NCBI GenBank assembly: GCA_048885925.1
Contig: JBHLLG010000044.1
Span: 1-23,229 of the forward strand
Origin: Candidatus Hermodarchaeota archaeon
GTDB lineage: Archaea; Asgardarchaeota; Lokiarchaeia; Sigyniarchaeales; SOKP01
Reading direction: 5' to 3'
Length of the DNA: 23,229 nt
The notes under the pieces: generated by a model
The model's input: only the letters and a program-made list of their open reading frames with translations
Database searches by the model: none
Told to the model about the DNA's origin: nothing
In this document: positions 17,440 to 23,229 of the stretch, one piece after another
How the letters are laid out: each line of letters starts with the position of its first letter
Position numbering within the stretch: the stretch's first letter is position 1
Translations under genes and position numbers: made by a program

Positions 17440-19167
17440 TTAAAAATTATAGTGATTTAATCTCTTCCAAAAGGTTTTCAAATCTTCTTTATCGAAAGAA
17501 AATTTTAATTTTATTGGCTCTGAAGATTCTGCTCTGAAAAAGTCCGGAATATTATTCATTTCTTGAGTAATTCCTGCTTTTTCATTAAATTTAAGTTCAG
17601 TACGTATGATATCAATACCAATGTTTATTACATCCTTTCTTGTCAGATTTATATTATACATAGCATTAATCGCATTTGTTACTATTTCCATATTTTCATA
17701 ACTTGGTCCAATAAAGTAACAGCATCCCATCGAATCTAAAATGGCAGTATAAATCTGCAATTCAAAAGATAATTCGAGTTTCTTCTCATTTTTAGTTAAT
17801 TCTCCATAGTCTTTATGCTGGCTTGCGACTCTTCCTGCAATTGCAGCTCCAGAAGTATGATCTGCTCCCATAGGGGAAGTTGCATAAGTAACACTCATAG
17901 CCTTAAAAATACGAGGATCATAGCCCGAAATACCTTGGCCTTTTACGTGAGGAATCCTATTAAAACCAATTTCCTTTCCTAAATGAACGACACCGTTTCC
18001 ATATAACTGACCTAAATCTGAACCACTTCCAATTTCTTCTAATACTTTAAATACTTTTTTAGCATCTCCCCATTTTACTTTTCCAGAATCCATTGCAACT
18101 CCCATAGTGACTCCAAATTCGATTGTATCTATTCCAATATCGTCGCATAAGTGGTCGATTTTCGCTAATTTATCAAGATCGTTTATCATACAATTTGATC
18201 CATTAGCAAAAATCGTCTCATATTCAAAGCTAGAAGTAATGTGGTTTCCATTTTCATCAACAATAAGATTTGAGCATTTTATTACGCATGTTGGGCTACA
18301 AGGTAATCTTTTTTTTCCTCCTCGTTTCATTACAAGCTCATGAAGTAGTTCACCTGAAATTTTATCTACATCATCATAAGATCCCCTTCTGAAACTTTTT
18401 GTAGGTAAACCTCCATGTCCGCTCATACCCTTCATCATTAAAGGTGTACCAAAAGTAGAAAAGACCTCCTTCGTGGTAGCTAATTGTTTAGCAAATGGTT
18501 TTGAAATCTCTCTGAAAGTAGCAATGTTATGCATCTTTACGTGAGATTTTTGGGAGGGGATTATAACTAACGCTTTAATTCTTTTAGATCCCATTACTGC
18601 ACCTAATCCTCCTCTCGCAGCATGTCTACTCGGATAACCTTCCAAATCATTTGCACTAATACTCGCTGATTTCATTAAATATTCACCTGCAGGTCCAATT
18701 GAATAGATACCTATATTATCTCCAAATTTCGTTTTTAACTTAGAGTGGAGCTCATAATTACCTAGAGCTTTATATTCTTCAGCAGATAAAATCTTAATAC
18801 CATTTTCATCTATCAATATTAATTTCAATTTTGGTGATATATCCTCTAAAATTATTGCTCTTATTCCATTTCTTGCTAGCATCATAGCAGTTCTTCCTCC
18901 CACATTGGCTTCCTTTATTCCATTTGTCAGAGGACTTTTCGCTCCTATTGATGTGCGGGCGGAACAAGGAAATGGACTTCCCGTAAGTAATCCTGTAGCA
19001 ATAATCAGCTTATTCTCCTCACCTAAAGGGGCACATAATGGTGGAATTTCATCATGGATAAGATAAGAAGTTAAACCTCGTCCTCCTAATAAAAATATCT
19101 TTGAATCCTTTGAAATTTTTTCATAATTGATTTCATCCGTCTTGACATTAATCCTTGCTATTTTCAT
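17440..19167 (-). CDS. aor: Aldehyde:ferredoxin oxidoreductase family (tungstopterin) enzyme
   Basis: GGRGL, KSPLTNGIKEAN, SIGPAGE, RGGLGAVMGSK, CSPTCVIKC, EYET, CDDIGIDTIE and DSMGCC. Subfamily and substrate not assignable. Confidence 0.92.
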   Translation of the reverse strand: MKIARINVKTDEINYEKISKDSKIFLLGGRGLTSYLIHDEIPPLCAPLGEENKLIIATGLLTGSPFPCSARTSIGAKSPLTNGIKEANVGGRTAMMLARNGIRAIILEDISPKLKLILIDENGIKILSAEEYKALGNYELHSKLKTKFGDNIGIYSIGPAGEYLMKSASISANDLEGYPSRHAARGGLGAVMGSKRIKALVIIPSQKSHVKMHNIATFREISKPFAKQLATTKEVFSTFGTPLMMKGMSGHGGLPTKSFRRGSYDDVDKISGELLHELVMKRGGKKRLPCSPTCVIKCSNLIVDENGNHITSSFEYETIFANGSNCMINDLDKLAKIDHLCDDIGIDTIEFGVTMGVAMDSGKVKWGDAKKVFKVLEEIGSGSDLGQLYGNGVVHLGKEIGFNRIPHVKGQGISGYDPRIFKAMSVTYATSPMGADHTSGAAIAGRVASQHKDYGELTKNEKKLELSFELQIYTAILDSMGCCYFIGPSYENMEIVTNAINAMYNINLTRKDVINIGIDIIRTELKFNEKAGITQEMNNIPDFFRAESSEPIKLKFSFDKEDLKTFWKRLNHYNF

Positions 19168-19296
19168 ATTTACCTAATAATTTTTGAAATTATTTTATTT
19201 TTACTTAGATTTTTGATAATTCTTTATACTAATCTTATTCTATTCAATAAATTTTATGAAGAAAATGTACAGTATTTTTACCTAAAGTTTAAACAT

Positions 19297-19324
19297 TTTC
19301 AAATTTGAAACATAACTTTAAATA
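19297..19324 (+). promoter_or_regulatory. 14-bp palindrome followed by TATA-like box in the aor/tfb divergent intergenic region
   Basis: TTTCAAATTTGAAA at 19297-19310 is a perfect inverted repeat; TTTAAATA lies at 19317-19324. Confidence 0.35.
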
Positions 19325-19427
19325 TGTAACTTTGATCTTGATCTATATCACCAGATTATTAATAACTTAATAGCAGTGATATGATGTAATTAGCGTTTTT
19401 TTTCAATTTTTTCCAGTGTGATTTATT

Positions 19428-20354
19428 ATGAATGAGCAGTATCGTACTTTTTTAAAAAACAATAAAATCGATGAAAATACAATCCCTCAGAATAATTGCT
19501 GTGGTAATCCTTTCATCGAATCTCGGGATGGTAATAAAGTTTGTTTAAATTGCGGGATTATTTTTGAAAGGACTTACGTTGGAAATGAAAGACGAGCGTA
19601 TACAATCGAGGAGATACAGAGCCGTCGTAGAACAGAACCACGCTGGAGGGACTTTGGACCAAGGACTATGCTCCCAAATACTAAAACTGATAGTAAAGGA
19701 AAGAGTATTGGTGCTAAAGAACAAGCACTTTTTTCTCGACTCTCAAAAATTCAAAATTCATTAATTTCAAGTATTGAAAGAAATTTTTGGGAAGCAAAAC
19801 CAAAACTTAAGATGCTTACTTCGAAACTTAATATACCTGAATATATTGCGGAAACAGCATGGAAAATATATAGTATCGTAGCAAAGAAGAAATTAACGAT
19901 GGGCCGATCCATTAATGGATTTATTTCCGGTTCGCTATATGCAGCGATCCGAGTTCACGATTTTCCACGATTATTAGATGAGATATGTGAAGCATCATTA
20001 ACACCAAGAAGGACTGTGCACAGAAGCTTGGCAATGATTATTAGAGAAGTCTTGCCAGTATTAAATCTTCGATATCAACCCATTACTGCTGAATCGTTGG
20101 TGTTTAGATTTGGAAATGAGTTAGATTTACCAATTTCGATACAAAAAAATGCAATTAATATGTTAAAAAATGCTTCGAAAAATGGTTTGAAACGTACTGG
20201 AAAAGATCCTAAAGGATTAGCAGCAGCTTGTATTTATATTGCAGCTAAAAATGGAAATGCGCGTAAAACGCAATCCAAAGTGGCTGATGTAGCAAAAATA
20301 ACAGAGGTCACACTCAGATCTAGGGCAAAACAAATCAAAAGTAAACTATCTTAA
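19428..20354 (+). CDS. tfb: Transcription initiation factor IIB (TFB)
   Basis: Zn ribbon CCGNP...VCLNCG, B-reader-like NERRAY, two cyclin repeats (GRSING...LYAAIR...PRLLDEI; GKDPKGLAAACIYIA) and HTH TQSKVADVAKITEVTLRSR. Confidence 0.93.
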   Translation: MNEQYRTFLKNNKIDENTIPQNNCCGNPFIESRDGNKVCLNCGIIFERTYVGNERRAYTIEEIQSRRRTEPRWRDFGPRTMLPNTKTDSKGKSIGAKEQALFSRLSKIQNSLISSIERNFWEAKPKLKMLTSKLNIPEYIAETAWKIYSIVAKKKLTMGRSINGFISGSLYAAIRVHDFPRLLDEICEASLTPRRTVHRSLAMIIREVLPVLNLRYQPITAESLVFRFGNELDLPISIQKNAINMLKNASKNGLKRTGKDPKGLAAACIYIAAKNGNARKTQSKVADVAKITEVTLRSRAKQIKSKLS

Positions 20355-20385
20355 ATAGAGTTTCAAATTTTTATTTTTAATTATT

Positions 20386-20934
20386 TTAAGTTTCTTTTTG
20401 TAAAATAGTCCACTTTATTCCTAATCCTGTAACTATTAATGCTGTGATTAGAATATAGCAATTTATAGAAATGAAAAGTATCCAAAACACGGCAGGAAAT
20501 AAAGGCGTTATATTGAGATCATATATAGCGGCTTGGAATCCAACAGTACCACTAATAGTCGTTATTTTTGTTTTTCCTAATAAGACTAAGAAATTCATTT
20601 TGACAAAGCCAGTTAATAAAATTACCATACCAATAACAATCATTAACTTTGCTAATGAATTGTCCTCAAAATCTTCTTTTACAACTTTTTGATTCAAATA
20701 AAGACCAAGTAAGAGAAAACAAAACATTGAAATTATAAGGAAAAACCATAAAAATGTACCAGATAAAGGGAACAAGGTATTGGAGTAAATGAAATCATAC
20801 AAAGGTATCGGTTCTGTATCAATATCAAATTGAGTGAAATTCATAATTATAATCAATACGATTTCAATAATCGAAAGAATTATATAGATCAAACCTTTAA
20901 TTTCAAGAAATTTTACAACCTTTCTACGTTCCAT
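20386..20934 (-). CDS. Hypothetical four-transmembrane protein
   Basis: Four hydrophobic segments with short charged termini; no recognised family. Confidence 0.75.
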   Translation of the reverse strand: MERRKVVKFLEIKGLIYIILSIIEIVLIIIMNFTQFDIDTEPIPLYDFIYSNTLFPLSGTFLWFFLIISMFCFLLLGLYLNQKVVKEDFEDNSLAKLMIVIGMVILLTGFVKMNFLVLLGKTKITTISGTVGFQAAIYDLNITPLFPAVFWILFISINCYILITALIVTGLGIKWTILQKET

Positions 20935-21092
20935 AATTATAATCCCTTTCAGTAATGAAAAATCCAGTAAATTTTTTATTATATAATATTTTTACTTATT
21001 ATTGTTTTTGAAATTAATAAAAATTTTTAATATTATTGTTTTTTAACGAATTCTATTTTATAATAATTAAGTAATCAAATTGGTTTTTTTTA

Positions 21093-22091
21093 TTGAATAA
21101 AAAAAATAATCCAAAATCGGAAATCTTAGAATGTTCTCATAAAAATGTTAAACAAGATAGTGGATTCATTGTTTGTCAAGATTGTGGGCTTATAATGGAA
21201 GATGATTTAGCTTTTGAGAGCTCAGCTCCAACAGGCGAATTTTATACAGATTCCCAAAGAGATTATGAAAGAAGGATTAGGATAAGTGATTCAAAAGCAC
21301 TCCAAGATCCAAAGGTTAAAGAAAAGTATGATCGAATAAAAACACTTGAAAAATGGTTCAGAGATTATGAATCAGACTTTACTGAACAAAAGAAGACCAT
21401 TGAACTCCTAAAAAGTCATGGAATTGGGCTTAATATTGATAATGTAAAAAATCAAGAAATTAAAGACCGTTATTTAAGATATAATAAATATCATCGCCAC
21501 AATTATCAAAATATGGTTATAATTTTCCTTGCAATTGTGTGGATGGAAATAAAAGATACTACAAATGTACGAATTGAAGAATTTATTAAGGTTTCGAGAG
21601 AATTAGGACATAAAATTAATAAAAAAATGATCGCGAATGCTATGATTAAAGTGAAACGAACTGAAAAATTATTTAAAGCCAGAAAAAATACAAAGGATTT
21701 AGAAAAAGAAATTAAGAATAAAATAAAAGTAGTTTTTCAGAAAGATTTAAATAGCATTCCTTTTGAAGTAGTAAAAGATTCATTTATTAATAAATCTCAA
21801 TTTGAAAAAGTAAAAATATCAATGGGACTTATTATCGATGAAATACTTAATAGCATAACGTATGAACAAATTCAGAATCTAAATGTAAAAGCCTTTACCG
21901 CCGGATTAATTTATTACATAGGACAAACTCTTGAAAATAGAAAAATCTTTACTCAAAGTCTCATTGAGAAATACAGTAAATTTTCAAGCACTACAATTAG
22001 AAAAAAATATCAGGAATTGAAAGATCTTTTAGGGAATCCCCAAAATCTAAAACTTGAAAGTATAGACTCATTCTTAAGTACTAAACATTAA
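21093..22091 (+). CDS. Divergent TFB/TFIIB-like protein (Zn ribbon plus degenerate cyclin repeats)
   Basis: CSHKNVKQDSGFIVCQDCGLI ribbon, KAFTAGLIYYIG, and FTQSLIEKYSKFSSTTIRKKYQEL matching the TFB C-terminal HTH pattern. Confidence 0.75.
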   Translation: MNKKNNPKSEILECSHKNVKQDSGFIVCQDCGLIMEDDLAFESSAPTGEFYTDSQRDYERRIRISDSKALQDPKVKEKYDRIKTLEKWFRDYESDFTEQKKTIELLKSHGIGLNIDNVKNQEIKDRYLRYNKYHRHNYQNMVIIFLAIVWMEIKDTTNVRIEEFIKVSRELGHKINKKMIANAMIKVKRTEKLFKARKNTKDLEKEIKNKIKVVFQKDLNSIPFEVVKDSFINKSQFEKVKISMGLIIDEILNSITYEQIQNLNVKAFTAGLIYYIGQTLENRKIFTQSLIEKYSKFSSTTIRKKYQELKDLLGNPQNLKLESIDSFLSTKH

Positions 22092-22150
22092 TATAATCCA
22101 AACTTATATTAAATAATGTTTAAATTAAACTCATAGTTTAACTAATTAAG

Positions 22151-23229
22151 ATGTCATCATCAAACATGGAGAAACAAACCTTTTACTATAATCAATCAAT
22201 TGAAGAGTTAATTAAAGAATTTAATACTGATGTTGACTATGGATTAAATTCCTCTGAGTTAGATAAAAGATACCTTAAAGAAGGATATAATGAACTACCA
22301 AAAATTAAAAAATCTATTTGGAAGATTTATCTTGCCCCGATTTTTAATTTTTTAATAGTAATTCTTCTTATAACTGGTGTAGTAATTGTAATATTAGGAT
22401 CACCAGAAGAAACAGTTATAACATTTACAGTTGTATTTTTAAATTCTGCAACTGTAATAATTCAACAATATAGGGCACAAAAAGCTTTAGAATCCTTACG
22501 AAAAATCTCTGCATTAAAGGCATCAGTAATCCGAGATGGTAAGCAAATGGAAATATTCAATAGAGAGTTATTACCCGGAGATATTTCAATTCTCGAACAA
22601 GGGGACAAAATTCCTGCTGATGGTCGAATTGTTAACGAAATGAATCTTACTGTTGATGAGGCTCCCCTAACTGGCGAAAGTGAACCAGTTGAAAAAACAA
22701 ATATAATTGTCAGAGAACCTGATGTGCCAATCCAACATCAAAATAATATGGTATTTATGGGTACATATGTTCATACTGGAAGAGCAAAAATTTTAATTAC
22801 AGGAACAGGTACTCGAACCGAGATTGGGAGGATCTCTCAAACTCTTAATGAAATGGGGAGTATTGAAGATATTCCCTTAACACGAAAATTGAACAAATTA
22901 GGATATATTTTAGGAACAATTGTTCTTATCAATCTTACTCTATTAATATGCTATAAATTTTCTCTTTTATTAATTGAAGGTAATTTTATACAATCTGAAA
23001 TAAGTCATGCACTTGTTAGTTCTATATTGAGAGCAACAAATATTCTTCCAATAAATTTACCTATATTATCGACTTTAGTGTTAATTACAGGTGTTTTATA
23101 TATGGCTCAAGGTGGTGTTATAATCAAAAATCTTGCGTCAATAGAATCACTGGGTCGTGTGTCAGTAATTTGCTCAGATAAGACAGGAACTATAACCAAA
23201 AATGAAATGACTGTTGAAAAATTTTGGAT
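22151..23229 (+). CDS. P-type ATPase (P2-like scaffold, non-canonical M4), 5' part; runs off the window end
   Basis: Not in the ORF track. Hand translation from ATG 22151: GLNSSE...GYNELP, LLPGDI..LEQGDKIPADGR, DEAPLTGES, NMVFMGT, TEIGRI, and phosphorylation motif ICSDKTGTITKNEM (TGC at 23171 is in frame with the start). Confidence 0.95.
   Translation, partial: MSSSNMEKQTFYYNQSIEELIKEFNTDVDYGLNSSELDKRYLKEGYNELPKIKKSIWKIYLAPIFNFLIVILLITGVVIVILGSPEETVITFTVVFLNSATVIIQQYRAQKALESLRKISALKASVIRDGKQMEIFNRELLPGDISILEQGDKIPADGRIVNEMNLTVDEAPLTGESEPVEKTNIIVREPDVPIQHQNNMVFMGTYVHTGRAKILITGTGTRTEIGRISQTLNEMGSIEDIPLTRKLNKLGYILGTIVLINLTLLICYKFSLLLIEGNFIQSEISHALVSSILRATNILPINLPILSTLVLITGVLYMAQGGVIIKNLASIESLGRVSVICSDKTGTITKNEMTVEKFW

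Noticed and set aside
1-23229. tRNA, rRNA, CRISPR arrays, transposases or integrases
   Set aside because: Intergenic regions are uniformly AT-rich with no GC-rich structured stretch or regularly spaced direct repeats, and no ORF shows recombinase or transposase motifs. Small ncRNAs cannot be excluded by eye.

Overview
AT-rich archaeal chromosomal window, most likely Asgard (Lokiarchaeia/Promethearchaeota). The assignment rests on two exported proteins ending in IPGY-TM-basic (Loki-CTERM-type) signals, two TFB/TFIIB homologues, an archaeal split MgtE pair with a PhoU/TrkA-C protein, and a tungsten-type AOR. Contents in order: partial M29-type aminopeptidase; AprB-like ferredoxin and AprA-like flavoprotein; hypothetical; PIG-L deacetylase; a helical/proline-rich protein ending in a WH2- or VASP-like helix; small hypothetical; 7TM protein; PRTase; two paralogous surface proteins, one with a large PxxW-repeat insert; orphan ABC-type permease; MgtE-MgtE-PhoU/TrkA-C-SIS(PHI) cluster; Sm-like small protein; SET-domain protein; endonuclease IV; AOR; TFB; 4TM protein; divergent TFB-like protein; partial P-type ATPase. 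The two edge genes are missing from the ORF track and were translated by hand. No rRNA, tRNA, CRISPR or mobile element was seen. The strongest leads are the candidate WASP/VASP-like actin regulator (4137-4826), the P2-scaffold ATPase whose M4 reads NILPINLP instead of PEGLP (flippase PISL-like), and the divergent second TFB. All calls come from motif recognition by eye; no searches were run.
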